Below are positions 9,038 to 19,745 of a stretch of 64,000 nt of DNA, piece after piece. Below the pieces are notes generated by a model. It was not told the origin of the DNA. It did not search any database and saw only the letters and a program-made list of their open reading frames with translations. Location: positions 459,166-523,165 of the forward strand of contig CAWIHK010000005.1 of the NCBI GenBank assembly GCA_963835935.1, read 5' to 3'. Numbering within the stretch: position 1 is the stretch's first letter; each line of letters begins with the position of its first letter. Made by a program: the position numbers and the translations under genes. Source of the stretch: Ignavibacteriota bacterium. GTDB taxonomy: Bacteria; Bacteroidota; Ignavibacteria; UBA10030; CAVZMI01.

Positions 9038-9487
9038 ATGTCATCTTTTAAAGGTCGGTTCAATTATTCTGTAGACAATAAGGGAAGAATAAATATTCCC
9101 GCAAAACTTCGGAAAAATATTTCACCCGAAGCAAATGATACGTTTGTAATAACGCGAGGATTTGAACAATGTTTGTTCATCTACCCTCTCGATGAATGGA
9201 ATAAATTGGAAAACTCCATTCGTGGTCTGTCACCCTCGAATTCCCAACATAGGTTTTTTGTTCGTACTCTCCTCCAATGGGCTACTGAATCTCAGCTAGA
9301 TGCGCAATTTCGAATTTCGATTCCACAAGAACTTATACAATTTGCTGAAATTGATAGTGAAGTTATCATCATCGGTGTCTTAGAACGAATTGAAGTGTGG
9401 AAGCCGGCTCGCTACGAGGCATACATGAGTAATCAGGCAGCATCTTACGAAACTGTAGCTGAATCCGTTTTTGGATCTAAGGAATAA
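9038..9487 (+). CDS. mraZ: Transcriptional regulator MraZ.
   Basis: Begins MSSFKGRFNYSVDNKGRINIPAKLRK with duplicated MraZ-type halves. It is the first gene of the dcw cluster. Confidence 0.9.
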   Translation: MSSFKGRFNYSVDNKGRINIPAKLRKNISPEANDTFVITRGFEQCLFIYPLDEWNKLENSIRGLSPSNSQHRFFVRTLLQWATESQLDAQFRISIPQELIQFAEIDSEVIIIGVLERIEVWKPARYEAYMSNQAASYETVAESVFGSKE

Positions 9488-9590
9488 TGAATGAACGTTC
9501 TTTTTGCCGGACACAAATTCACTCTTACATTGTTATACAGAGCAATGATATGGGTGAATGTCGGCGGCGATGGATGTTCGGAGATCGGCA

Positions 9591-10529
9591 ATGAATGAGG
9601 ATGAAACTTTTTATCATTCTCCTGTCCTATGTAATGAAGCGGTTGAAGCATTACTAAACGATCCGGATGGAGTTTATATCGATGGAACATTGGGAGGCGG
9701 CGGGCATACGGAGGTATTATTGAGAGCATTGTCTGCCAAAGGACGTGTGATCGCTTTTGATGTCGACGAACAGGCTATCACTCATGCTCAAAGTCTGGTG
9801 GAATCGTTCGGAGACCGGGTGATGGTTGTGCGTGAAAATTTTCGGAATATACATGCAACATTGCACTCTTTGCAATTACAATCTGTTTCCGGTATTCTTC
9901 TCGATCTTGGACTTTCGTCGCATCACATCGATGATAGTGCACGTGGTTTTAGTTTTCAATCACACGCCTCGCTGGATATGAGAATGGACCAGCGGTTAAG
10001 TCGAACTGCCGCAGACGTCATTGCTGAATTCGATGAGAAAGAATTGGCCGATCTTTTTTGGAAGTTTGGAGAAGAAAAATTATCACGGAAAATTGCACGC
10101 GCAATCGTCAAGATTAGAAGCCGGCATGAAATTAAAACGACTGACGGGTTATTCGGTGTGATAAAATCAGTAGTTGGAGATCGATTCGCAGTCAAATCTG
10201 CCGCTCGTGTTTTCCAGGCATTGCGGATTGAAGTGAATGAAGAGTTAAAAGCACTCGAAGAAACACTGAGTCAAATTCCGGAGATCCTCGTAAAAGATGG
10301 CCGCATCGTTATTATTGTTTATCATTCTCTGGAAGATAGAATTGTGAAAAATTTTTTCCGTGCCGAGGCATCAAGCGCTATTAAATCGAACAACAAATTA
10401 ATACCGGATACCCCGCATCAGCCTCGGTTAAAAATTCTGACAAAAACTCCGATCGTGCCGGACGAGAATGAACGTAAAAAAAATTCGAGGGCGCGTAGCG
10501 CAAAAATGAGGGTTGCTGAACGCATATAA
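9591..10529 (+). CDS. rsmH: 16S rRNA (cytosine1402-N4)-methyltransferase RsmH (MraW). The ORF is open from 9558, but ATG 9591 (MNEDETFYHSPVL...) is the likely start.
   Basis: YHxPVL N-terminal motif, GTLGGGGHTE SAM-binding motif, and position after mraZ. Confidence 0.9.
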   Translation: MNEDETFYHSPVLCNEAVEALLNDPDGVYIDGTLGGGGHTEVLLRALSAKGRVIAFDVDEQAITHAQSLVESFGDRVMVVRENFRNIHATLHSLQLQSVSGILLDLGLSSHHIDDSARGFSFQSHASLDMRMDQRLSRTAADVIAEFDEKELADLFWKFGEEKLSRKIARAIVKIRSRHEIKTTDGLFGVIKSVVGDRFAVKSAARVFQALRIEVNEELKALEETLSQIPEILVKDGRIVIIVYHSLEDRIVKNFFRAEASSAIKSNNKLIPDTPHQPRLKILTKTPIVPDENERKKNSRARSAKMRVAERI

Positions 10530-10530
10530 C

Positions 10531-11004
10531 ATGTCAAAACAATATCGTAATAGTGCCGAGTTTCTGGCGGAACACGCGCTCTCCGAAGATCAGGAATCGG
10601 CTGGCCGCATCGATCCAACTGTTGCGCCCAGCGAACGAACAGATCGCAAAGATGAGTTCCGCCCGCGAAGAAAACCGTCGAAACGAAAATTATCTGTTCT
10701 CAACGTTACCGTTACGATTGCCGGATTTAGCGCGGTTGTGGTTCTATACGTCTACAATGCGATAAGGGTTGGGGAACTATCAAGCGATATCGGTGATTTG
10801 CAAAATGAAATGTCGAAACTTCAGCACACGAATGAAGTTCTCCGTGCTGAGGTGAATCAGAAGTCGACGATGGAGAGAATTACAACTCTCGCAGGGTCGG
10901 AACTGCAGATGATATATCCGAAACAACAGCTTCAATGGTTTGTAATGGATAATGCACTCGAGCAAAAAGCTCGTGAGTTACAATCCGGAGAAAAACAGAA
11001 ATGA
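10531..11004 (+). CDS. ftsL: Cell division protein FtsL (single TM plus coiled coil).
   Basis: Small bitopic protein (TM LSVLNVTVTIAGFSAVVVLYVY followed by a leucine-zipper-like segment) between rsmH and ftsI. ATG 10531 lies 1 nt after the rsmH stop. Confidence 0.7.
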   Translation: MSKQYRNSAEFLAEHALSEDQESAGRIDPTVAPSERTDRKDEFRPRRKPSKRKLSVLNVTVTIAGFSAVVVLYVYNAIRVGELSSDIGDLQNEMSKLQHTNEVLRAEVNQKSTMERITTLAGSELQMIYPKQQLQWFVMDNALEQKARELQSGEKQK

Positions 11005-13169
11005 TGCAACAGGAAGAAACGATCACATCCGGCCGACCTGTCAATAGTACCGGCCGCATTCTGATCGTTAAAATTACATTACTGTGCTTCCTTGTTGTAA
11101 TCGTTATTCGTCTTACCAAGATACAAATTATTGATTCATGGAAGTATCAGGAGATCGCCAAACAGCAGTACCAAGAGAAGGTTCCGCTTCCTGCAAATCG
11201 CGGCAGCATCTATGACTGCAATGGTAATATACTTGTTTCCAATACACGATTGGTTTCTTACGCTGCCGATCCAAAAATGATCGGCGACGATGCAGAAGCT
11301 GTGGCTTCTCAATTTGCTTCGATATTCCACAAGCCCGCTGAGTCTTATCTTGCAAAACTGAAAACTGAAAAACGTTTCGTCTGGCTCGAACGAGAATTAA
11401 TGCCTGATTTAGAACGGTCCAAGCTCATCAATAAATTCGAAGGCGTTGTGGAGCTCGATGAGCCTCGACGGTTGTATCACTATGATGATTTTGCCACACA
11501 AACAATCGGATTCACGAGCATCGAGAATACCGGCTTAAGCGGAATCGAATTGCAGTTTAACGAATATCTTCAGGGACGTGACGGTTACGTCATTATGCAG
11601 CGTGACGGCCTCGGCAGGAAGCGTCCTTCTGTCGATTATCCGCGCATCGATCCTGTGGATGGCAATATGATTACGTTGACACTCGATTTTCAATTGCAAT
11701 CAATCGTTCAAGAAGAATTGAAGCGCGGTGTAGAAACAAATAATGCTCTCGGTGGAATCGCTGTGATGCTCGATCCTCATACCGGCGAAGTGCTCGCGAT
11801 GGCATCATATCCTACAATCAACCCGAACAAATTGGAAAATGTCGACATGGCGGCTACAAGAAATCGCCCATTAACTGATATGTTCGAGCCCGGAAGCACC
11901 TTTAAACTCGTTCTCACTTCCGCCGCGGTTGATCAAAAAATTCATACAGCAAGTGATAAAGTATACGCCGAAAAAGGAGTCTACAAAAAAAACGGCCGCA
12001 TCATACGTGATACAGAACCTCATTGTATGATGACCTTGCAAGAAGCGTTGGAAGCATCCAGCAACATAGCAATGGCAAAATTTTCAGACGATGTCGGCAA
12101 AGAAAAATTTTTCCGCTATGCTCGCGATTATGGCTTCGGTATGCAAACCGGCATTGAACTGCCCGGCGAGATCAATGGTAAATTGAAAAAGCTTTCACTC
12201 TGGTCTCCTGCAACATTGAATTCTATGGCGTATGGTTATGAAGTTGGCGTGACTCCGATTCAACTGGTGTCTGCCTATGCCGCTCTAGCAAATGGTGGTG
12301 AGTTGATGAAACCGTTTGTCGTTAAGAAAATCGTAGATAAAACAGGAGCATTGTTGTACGAAGGAAAACCGGAAAAAATCCGGCGCGTAATCTCGGAAGA
12401 AACAGCACGGCAGCTTCTTCCGATGTTCGAAGGAGTCGTCGAACGCGGAACAGGAAAAAATGTAAAACTTCAAAGTGTTCGGATTGCAGGCAAAACTGGA
12501 ACAGCGTCAAAATTAAACGATCAGGGTTATTCGAAAGAAAATTATCTTGCTTCATTCATCGGATTCTTTCCTGTCGAGAATCCGAAAATAGTTTTGCTTG
12601 TTATGATCGACACGCCGCGTGCCGGAAAAATATTTGGCGGACTCGTAAGCGGTCCGGTATTTCGCGCGATAGCAGAAAGAATTATTAATACATGGGAACC
12701 TCAATCGTCTAACCTTCCAGAAAACATTATCGCAAAACAAAATGTGGAATCTTCACAACAGGGAAATGAAATTACGGTTCCGGACGTTAGATATCTCGAT
12801 CGAACATTCGCGCAGGAAATTTTAGCATCATCAGGCATGACCGTTGATTGGAAAGGCGAAGGAAACTTAGTGATCAATCAAACACCGGCGCCAGGAGTCC
12901 GAATCGCAAAGTCGGACCATCTGCAGGTTATTCTTGATTCCAATGAAGAACAATCGACACAACCATCGATCGCCAGAATGCCGGAGCTCCGTGGGTATTC
13001 AATCCGCCGTGCAATAAATGTGCTTGCATCCGATGGGTGCGATATTTACGTGAATGGCTGCGGTGTGGTTGTCCGGCAATCGTTACCATCAGGTGAAAAG
13101 ATGAAACCTGGAAGTCGAATCATTCTGTGGTGTGAACCTCGAATGCCAATTGCAATGGAGGCAAAATAA
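11001..13169 (+). CDS. ftsI: Peptidoglycan D,D-transpeptidase FtsI (PBP3) with two C-terminal PASTA domains.
   Basis: SxxK (GSTFK), SxN (SSN) and KTG(T) motifs. The C-terminal ~140 aa form two PASTA-like units (ITVPDVRYL...VIL; MPELRGYSIRRAINVL...ILWCE). Confidence 0.9.
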   Translation: MMQQEETITSGRPVNSTGRILIVKITLLCFLVVIVIRLTKIQIIDSWKYQEIAKQQYQEKVPLPANRGSIYDCNGNILVSNTRLVSYAADPKMIGDDAEAVASQFASIFHKPAESYLAKLKTEKRFVWLERELMPDLERSKLINKFEGVVELDEPRRLYHYDDFATQTIGFTSIENTGLSGIELQFNEYLQGRDGYVIMQRDGLGRKRPSVDYPRIDPVDGNMITLTLDFQLQSIVQEELKRGVETNNALGGIAVMLDPHTGEVLAMASYPTINPNKLENVDMAATRNRPLTDMFEPGSTFKLVLTSAAVDQKIHTASDKVYAEKGVYKKNGRIIRDTEPHCMMTLQEALEASSNIAMAKFSDDVGKEKFFRYARDYGFGMQTGIELPGEINGKLKKLSLWSPATLNSMAYGYEVGVTPIQLVSAYAALANGGELMKPFVVKKIVDKTGALLYEGKPEKIRRVISEETARQLLPMFEGVVERGTGKNVKLQSVRIAGKTGTASKLNDQGYSKENYLASFIGFFPVENPKIVLLVMIDTPRAGKIFGGLVSGPVFRAIAERIINTWEPQSSNLPENIIAKQNVESSQQGNEITVPDVRYLDRTFAQEILASSGMTVDWKGEGNLVINQTPAPGVRIAKSDHLQVILDSNEEQSTQPSIARMPELRGYSIRRAINVLASDGCDIYVNGCGVVVRQSLPSGEKMKPGSRIILWCEPRMPIAMEAK

Positions 13170-13170
13170 T

Positions 13171-14676
13171 ATGAATCTCAGCCTTCTTTTGGAGGGAGTT
13201 CCAGTTGCAAAAGTATTCCAAACTGTTTTCGGACAGATGGTGCAAACGCACGATGTTCACGTCAGCCATATCGTCTATGATTCTCGGAAGGTCGATGTTG
13301 GCGACTTATTTGTTGCAATCCGCGGATCCGAAGTAGATGGACATCTTTTTATCAAAGATGCCATCGATAAAGGCGCAAAGGTCGTCGTCCTGGAAGATGA
13401 TTCGGCGCTTCCCGATTCGTATTTCATGCATACGGGTGTGGTGAAGATCGTCACGTCGAATGCGCGGAAAACTTTGGCGTTAATGAGTAGAAATTTCTAT
13501 GGAAACCCGCAATCAAAATTGCGGCTGATCGGGGTCACGGGAACGAATGGAAAAACAACGACCACGCATCTGATTAAATCGATCCTGGAAGAAAGTGGAG
13601 AGAAAGTGGGATTGATCGGAACGATCGCTTACGTGATTGGAAACAAGGAAATTCCCGCAACACATACGACACCGGAATCACTGGAGTTGAATCAGTTGCT
13701 GGCAGAAATGCTTTCAGAAGGATGCACATCGGTTGTGATGGAAGTTTCGTCACACTCGCTGGTTCTTGATCGTGTTTACGGATTCGAATTCGACGCGGCG
13801 GTTTTTACAAATTTAACGCAGGACCATCTCGATTTTCATAAGACCATGGATGAATATGCAAAAGCAAAAAAAATATTATTCGATTCATTATCAGATCAAG
13901 CGTTCGCTGTTGTCAATGCCGACGATGAATGGAGCGAAAAAATTATCACATCTACAAAATCTCCGGTGATGCTTTATGCAATCAGTAAACCGGCAAAACT
14001 TCAGGCCGTCGATATCGTTCTCGGATTTGATCAGACGACCTACACAATTAAAACAACAGAAAAATCGGTCAATATCACTTCGCCATTAATTGGACGTTTT
14101 AATATTTACAACACGCTGGCGGCGTATGGTGTTTGCTCCGGTTGCGGAATTTCGGATGCTGTAATTCTTCGCGGCCTGCAAAAGCAAGAAAATGTTCGCG
14201 GCCGTTTTGAACGTATCCGTTCGCAAAAAGGATGGACGGCTGTTGTAGATTATGCTCACACACCCGACGCGCTTGATAAATGCCTCAGGGCAATTCATGA
14301 TATATTCCCTGAAAATCGTTCCGGAAAAATAATAACCGTGTTCGGTGCCGGCGGTGATCGCGACAGAACCAAACGAAAAAAAATGGGCTCGATCACGGCA
14401 GAACTGAGCGATGTTGTTATAGTCACATCCGATAATCCGCGCACCGAAGATCCCGAAAAAATTATCGATGATATTATGGAAGGAATTCCGGCAGCCGCTC
14501 ATTGCATTCGTGAAACTAACCGGCATAAAGCGATTGAGATGGCGTTAACGATGGCTAAGTCCGGCGATGTTGTTATACTTGCCGGTAAGGGTCATGAGAA
14601 TTATCAAGTGATTGGAAAACAAAAACATCATTTCGACGATAGAGAGGAAGTTCAGAATTTTATTAACCGTACGTGA
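13171..14676 (+). CDS. murE: UDP-N-acetylmuramoyl-L-alanyl-D-glutamate--2,6-diaminopimelate ligase MurE.
   Basis: GTNGKTTT P-loop and a DNPR motif (meso-DAP specificity). ATG 13171 follows the ftsI stop. Confidence 0.9.
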   Translation: MNLSLLLEGVPVAKVFQTVFGQMVQTHDVHVSHIVYDSRKVDVGDLFVAIRGSEVDGHLFIKDAIDKGAKVVVLEDDSALPDSYFMHTGVVKIVTSNARKTLALMSRNFYGNPQSKLRLIGVTGTNGKTTTTHLIKSILEESGEKVGLIGTIAYVIGNKEIPATHTTPESLELNQLLAEMLSEGCTSVVMEVSSHSLVLDRVYGFEFDAAVFTNLTQDHLDFHKTMDEYAKAKKILFDSLSDQAFAVVNADDEWSEKIITSTKSPVMLYAISKPAKLQAVDIVLGFDQTTYTIKTTEKSVNITSPLIGRFNIYNTLAAYGVCSGCGISDAVILRGLQKQENVRGRFERIRSQKGWTAVVDYAHTPDALDKCLRAIHDIFPENRSGKIITVFGAGGDRDRTKRKKMGSITAELSDVVIVTSDNPRTEDPEKIIDDIMEGIPAAAHCIRETNRHKAIEMALTMAKSGDVVILAGKGHENYQVIGKQKHHFDDREEVQNFINRT

Positions 14677-16051
14677 CATACTTTCGATTCCCCATCGGGC
14701 ATTTCATAACCGGAGAAGTTCCGGTCTGTTTCGCGGAGTGTCGACCGATTCGCGTGCGATCGAAAACGGAAATCTGTTCATCGCGTTACGGGGTGAAAAA
14801 TTCGACGGACATGCTTTCATTGAAGCCGCGTTGAAAGCAGGCGCCGCAGGTGTGGTTGTCGATGAACAAGGATTCAATGAATATTGCAGTAAGCTCACGG
14901 TTCCGACGCTTGTTGTCCGTGATACGACAAAATATTTCCAACAATTAGCGCGTTTGTACCGGCAGAAGTTTTCTCTTCCAATCGTTGCGGTAGCTGGAAG
15001 CAATGGTAAAACAACAACAAAAGATATGATCGCTGCAGTCCTTAAAAAAAGATATTCGGTATTGAAGACCGAAGGAAATTTTAATAACCACATTGGAGTG
15101 CCGCAAACGCTTTTCCGGCTGAACCGGTCTCATGATATCGCCATCGTTGAAATGGGAACGAATCATTCCGGCGAACTTGAAACGCTGGCGGAAATCGTTA
15201 ACCCGACACATGCAGTTATCACATCGATCGGACGCGAACATCTGGAATTTTTCCACGATCTCGATGGAGTCGCAGCCGAAGAAGGTGCCGTATTTTCAGG
15301 TGGAAACTTAACCAAAAATAGATTCGGATTTGTAAATATTGATGATTACCGCATTCGTGCGCAAGCTTCAAAACTCAGCCGGAAATTAAAGTATGGATTT
15401 AATTCTTCGTGTGCCGATGTGTGCGGTAAAATTATCGAAACTGATTCTCGCGGTTGCGCCGTATTCCAATTTACAACACGACGAATGGTGCAGCCGCTGA
15501 CTGTGCGATTACAGGCTCCGGGAATTCATAACGCCGCAAATGGGTTGACTGCTGCTGCAATTGGTATTTCATTTGGAATCCCGAAGAAACTTGTTGTTCA
15601 AGCTTTAGAAGAATTTTCCGCAAGTTCAAAACGTACTGAAATAATTCAAGCAGGAAAAGCTACGATTCTGAACGATACATACAATTCCAATCCGGACTCA
15701 GTCATTGCGGCGTTGAAGACAATGTACAGCATCGCTACTTCAGGGAAAAAAATAATCGCTCTCGGCGATATGCTCGAGCTCGGTTCGCACGCCGAACATG
15801 AACATGCAAAAATCGGAGTTGAAGTCGCGGATCTCGGATTCGAATTTTTATTCACGTACGGGCCGCTTTCACAATTTACTTATGAAGCTTCGAAACTGGC
15901 GTTCTCGAAACATTTTAAAAACAAAACAGAGTTAATCGATGAACTTTGTTCGATTGTTGAACCGGGAGATGCCGTGTTAATTAAAGGTTCTCGCGGAATG
16001 AAGATGGAAGAAGTAACAACGAAACTCGTTGAATATCTAAAACAACGGTGA
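14612..16051 (+). CDS. murF: UDP-MurNAc-pentapeptide synthetase MurF. The start is uncertain: ATG 14612 overlaps murE by 65 nt, and the true start may lie further downstream near 14650-14700.
   Basis: GVSTDSR, GSNGKTTTK and the C-terminal Mur ligase domain. Confidence 0.85.
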   Translation: MENKNIISTIERKFRILLTVRDILSIPHRAFHNRRSSGLFRGVSTDSRAIENGNLFIALRGEKFDGHAFIEAALKAGAAGVVVDEQGFNEYCSKLTVPTLVVRDTTKYFQQLARLYRQKFSLPIVAVAGSNGKTTTKDMIAAVLKKRYSVLKTEGNFNNHIGVPQTLFRLNRSHDIAIVEMGTNHSGELETLAEIVNPTHAVITSIGREHLEFFHDLDGVAAEEGAVFSGGNLTKNRFGFVNIDDYRIRAQASKLSRKLKYGFNSSCADVCGKIIETDSRGCAVFQFTTRRMVQPLTVRLQAPGIHNAANGLTAAAIGISFGIPKKLVVQALEEFSASSKRTEIIQAGKATILNDTYNSNPDSVIAALKTMYSIATSGKKIIALGDMLELGSHAEHEHAKIGVEVADLGFEFLFTYGPLSQFTYEASKLAFSKHFKNKTELIDELCSIVEPGDAVLIKGSRGMKMEEVTTKLVEYLKQR

Positions 16052-16055
16052 TACG

Positions 16056-17171
16056 ATGCTTTATTATTTTTTTAATTTGATTGAAAAATTATATGCACCG
16101 CCGGGATTCAGTCTTTTCCGGTATATAACATTTCGTGCGGCAGCGGCTGCTATCACAGCTTTGTTAATTTCTTTTATCGCAGGCCCAAAAATAATTGCTC
16201 TTCTTAAAAAACACCAGATCGGGGAAGCGGCAAAAACGGAAGCCCCGAAAAGCCATTTGAGCAAAGCGGGTACTCCGACAATGGGAGGGCTCATTGTTCT
16301 TCTCTCAGTTTTAGTTCCGACTATCCTATGGGCTGATCTAAGAAATATGTACGTTCTACTTATTGTTCTCGTCACCTCCGGGCTTGGCGTGGTAGGATTT
16401 CTGGATGATTATCTTAAAGTGGTCAAGAAAAAAAGAAAAGGCCTTATCGGCATTTATAAAATAATCGGACAGGTAACGATCGGAACGATTGTCGGCGCCG
16501 TGCTATATTTTTCTCCGGAACTGAAATCGGCTGCGGCAAATACGATTACGACAGTTCCATTTTTTAAAAATCTGGAATTCAACTTCGGAATATTTTATAT
16601 CCCGATGGTGATTTTTGTTATCACATACACTTCAAACGCTGTGAATCTTACGGATGGGCTCGATGGCCTTGCGATCGGGACTGTCGGCATCGTCGCTCTC
16701 ACATTGGCGGTCGTCGCTTACATCAGCGGCAATATCGAGTTCAGCAGGTACCTGAATATAATTTATCTGCGTGGTAACGGCGAATTGACAATTTACTGTT
16801 CAGCGTTGGTCGGAGCCGCGCTCGGTTTTTTATGGTACAACGCTTATCCCGCACAAGTTTTTATGGGAGATACAGGTTCGCTTGCGCTTGGCGGTGCGGT
16901 TGGTGCGATATGCATTATGATAAAAAAAGAATTCCTGCTGCCCGTTCTTGGCGGAATCTTTTTAGCGGAGACGATGTCGGTCATCATTCAAAAAATTTAT
17001 TTCAAATACACAAAACGAAAATACGGCGAAGGCCGCCGGGTTTTCCGGATGGCTCCAATCCACCACCATTTTGAAATGTTGGGATGGAGTGAACCGAAAA
17101 TTGTCATGAGATTTTATATCATTGCGATCATGCTCATGATTTTAAGTCTCGCCACATTCAAGGTACGTTAA
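16056..17171 (+). CDS. mraY: Phospho-N-acetylmuramoyl-pentapeptide transferase MraY.
   Basis: Polytopic membrane protein with the conserved DD/NxxD and HHH (APIHHHFE) motifs. Confidence 0.9.
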   Translation: MLYYFFNLIEKLYAPPGFSLFRYITFRAAAAAITALLISFIAGPKIIALLKKHQIGEAAKTEAPKSHLSKAGTPTMGGLIVLLSVLVPTILWADLRNMYVLLIVLVTSGLGVVGFLDDYLKVVKKKRKGLIGIYKIIGQVTIGTIVGAVLYFSPELKSAAANTITTVPFFKNLEFNFGIFYIPMVIFVITYTSNAVNLTDGLDGLAIGTVGIVALTLAVVAYISGNIEFSRYLNIIYLRGNGELTIYCSALVGAALGFLWYNAYPAQVFMGDTGSLALGGAVGAICIMIKKEFLLPVLGGIFLAETMSVIIQKIYFKYTKRKYGEGRRVFRMAPIHHHFEMLGWSEPKIVMRFYIIAIMLMILSLATFKVR

Positions 17172-18539
17172 TGCAAGCTGACGATATCAAAAAATATTCT
17201 TACGCAGTCATCGGTGCAAAGGAAAGCGGTTTAGCCGTGGCGTTGTTGCTGCAATCGCTTGGAGCAGTTGTGTTCGTTAGTGATACAAGTCAGGAAGAAA
17301 ATATTCAGGCTGAGATATTCTGTTCTGTCGCGTCAGGAAATACCGTTTGAAACCGGCAATAATTCTGAAAAAATACTTGAGTACGATATTATAATCGTCA
17401 GTCCTGGTGTTCCACTCAAGGCGGCAGTAATTCAAAAAGCTCGGTCAATGAAAAAGAAAATTTTGGGTGAAATCGAGGTTGCAAGCTGGATATGTAAAGG
17501 GCCCATCGTTGCTATTTCCGGCAGTAACGGAAAAACAACCACGACCACTCTCACCGGACGAATGTTCTACGATGCGCGAGTGCAACATTTCGTAGCTGGA
17601 AATATCGGGAAGGCATTTTCTTCGTGTGTGAGTGAGAGTAATGAAGAGACCACTTCAATTTTGGAGATCAGTAGTTTTCAACTCGACACCATCGACACAT
17701 TCCATCCAAAAATTGCAGTGTTGTTAAACATAACTCCGGATCATCTCGACCGGTACGATCACAAATTTGAAAACTACATTGCTTCGAAAAGCCGCATTTT
17801 CATGAATCAGACGATGGAAGATGTTCTTATTTATTGTGACGATGATCCGGTCACAAAAGAAATCGTGGAAACGAAAGCAATCAACAAAGTCCGACTTTTG
17901 CCATTCAGCATACTGCATGAAGTCGGTGAGGGAGCTTTTGTTTCTGCGAACAATATGATCGTAAGGATAGGAGAAAAGGATTACAACATCATCCCCATAG
18001 AGCAAATCTCCGTCAAAGGGGATCATAACATTTATAACGCGATGGCGGCAACGCTTGTATCCATGGTTTGTAAGATTTCGCAAGCGTCCATACGTGCAAC
18101 ATTGAAAAATTTTAAAGGGGTTGAACATCGCCTGGAATTTGTACGTGACCTTGACGGCATCCGCTATATCAACGATTCAAAAGCGACCAATGTCGACGCT
18201 GTCTGGTATGCGCTTCGCAGTTTCAATGAACCTCTGGTAGTACTTTTAGGCGGGCGCGACAAGGGAAACGATTATCGCCGATTATTCGAACCGGTCCGGG
18301 AGCATGTTCGAGCAATTATCGCTATCGGAGAATCGTCAGAAAAAGTTGCGGATAATTTCAAAGGGTATGTGCCGGTTGAAAAAGCAGATACAATGGAACA
18401 TGCCGTAAATATCGCCCGGACGCAAGCGAAACCGGGTGATGTCGTACTGCTTTCTCCCGCTTGTGCGTCATTCGATTGGTTCAACAATTATGAACACCGC
18501 GGCCGTGTGTTTAAAGACATTGTCCTCAGATTAAAGTGA
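17171..18539 (+). CDS. murD: UDP-N-acetylmuramoylalanine--D-glutamate ligase MurD, apparently split by a +1 frameshift. The N-terminal Rossmann segment (17171-17350, frame 2, 59 aa) terminates at TGA 17348-17350. The rest reads in frame 0 from 17235. The junction is near 17315-17330.
   Basis: Frame 2 reads MQADDIKKYSYAVIGAKESGLAVALLLQSLGAVVFVSDTSQEENIQAEI..., which is the MurD N-terminal dinucleotide-binding fold. Frame 0 continues ...SRQEIPFETGNNSEKILEYDIIIVSPGVPL...GSNGKTTTT... to the end. Frame 0 has a stop at 17232. Confidence 0.8.
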
Positions 18540-18542
18540 GCC

Positions 18543-19745
18543 ATGGAAACACAACGTAGTCATATCGATATTTTACTCTTCATCGCAGTGTTGCTCTTGC
18601 TCGGTGCGAGTCTTGGTATAGTGTATAGTGCCAGCTCCTCGATCGCGTATGAGAAATGGAGATCTAGTACTCATTTATTGAATCTTCACTTGATTAAAGT
18701 CGTCGTTTCAGTGGGAATAATGATTATTGCCGCACGTGTTCCCTATACCGTTTATCCGAAAATCACAAAAATTGTATTGATCATTGCGCTGATTTTCCTC
18801 ATTGCGACTCTGGCGTTTGGAGGCGAAGTGAAAGGTGCAAGCCGCTGGCTTCGATTTGGTGGAATCGGATTTCAGCCGTCGGAATTTGCACGATTTGCGC
18901 TAATCTTCCACCTCTGCGCATTTCTTGCGCAGAAAAAAGATCGGTTGGACGATTTTAAAAACACTTTAGTTCCTACTCTCATCTGGATTGGCGGGACAAC
19001 TTTGCTGGTGTTTCTGCAACCCAATTTTAGCACAGGTGCTATGATTCTTCTAATCAGTTTCATCTTGCTTTATCTCGGTGGAGTACGTTTGCGACACCTG
19101 TGTGCGATAACAATATCGGCGATACCGCTCATCGTTTTGTATGTCATCAGTGCGCCGTATCGATTGCAGAGAGTGATCGGGTTCATCCACTCAACCACGA
19201 AAGGCATTGAGCTAAGTTACCAAGTGAAACAGGCAATCGTTGGATTTGGAAATGGCGGTTTATTCGGTGTCGGGCCGGGAAATAGTTTGCAACGTGATTT
19301 CTTCCTGCCTGAGTCGTACGGCGATTTTGTATACGCGATAGCCGGAGAAGAATACGGTTTCATCGGTGCAATACTGATTTTGCTGATATTTGCTTTTATC
19401 GTTTTGCGAGGATTCCGGATTGCAAAAAAAACTCAGAACGACTTCGGGCGGTTACTCGCACTCGGTATCACAGTTGCTGTCGGACTCTACGGATTGGTCA
19501 ATGCTGCGGTGACAACACACCTGCTTCCGACAACCGGCCTTCCGATGCCATTCGTAAGTTACGGTGGCTCGTCATTACTTTTTACAGCGTTTGCGATCGG
19601 AGTGTTGTTAAATATCTCGACATATACCGACATTCGTTTGCGTGAACCGGAAGAACAACCGCCGGCGATTTCAGAACAATATTCTCAGATTGGAAGAGTC
19701 TATTCTTCGGAAAATACATTTTCAACTGAAGGAGATATCAGATGA
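18543..19745 (+). CDS. ftsW: SEDS-family cell division protein FtsW (peptidoglycan glycosyltransferase).
   Basis: 10-TM SEDS topology with conserved loop motifs, and position between murD and murG. Confidence 0.85.
   Translation: METQRSHIDILLFIAVLLLLGASLGIVYSASSSIAYEKWRSSTHLLNLHLIKVVVSVGIMIIAARVPYTVYPKITKIVLIIALIFLIATLAFGGEVKGASRWLRFGGIGFQPSEFARFALIFHLCAFLAQKKDRLDDFKNTLVPTLIWIGGTTLLVFLQPNFSTGAMILLISFILLYLGGVRLRHLCAITISAIPLIVLYVISAPYRLQRVIGFIHSTTKGIELSYQVKQAIVGFGNGGLFGVGPGNSLQRDFFLPESYGDFVYAIAGEEYGFIGAILILLIFAFIVLRGFRIAKKTQNDFGRLLALGITVAVGLYGLVNAAVTTHLLPTTGLPMPFVSYGGSSLLFTAFAIGVLLNISTYTDIRLREPEEQPPAISEQYSQIGRVYSSENTFSTEGDIR

Noticed and set aside
14086-14526. 146-aa minus-strand ORF, plus many other 60-160-aa antisense ORFs inside murE, ftsA, ftsZ, the MCP gene and the hdr/etf genes
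   Set aside because: They are fully embedded antisense to well-supported conserved genes and have no motifs. These are typical spurious ORFs in moderately GC-rich coding DNA.
14612-14676. 65-nt murE/murF overlap
   Set aside because: It most likely reflects an over-extended murF start call (ATG 14612) rather than biology. The MurF conserved N-terminal region begins near 14670-14700, but no canonical start codon is evident there.
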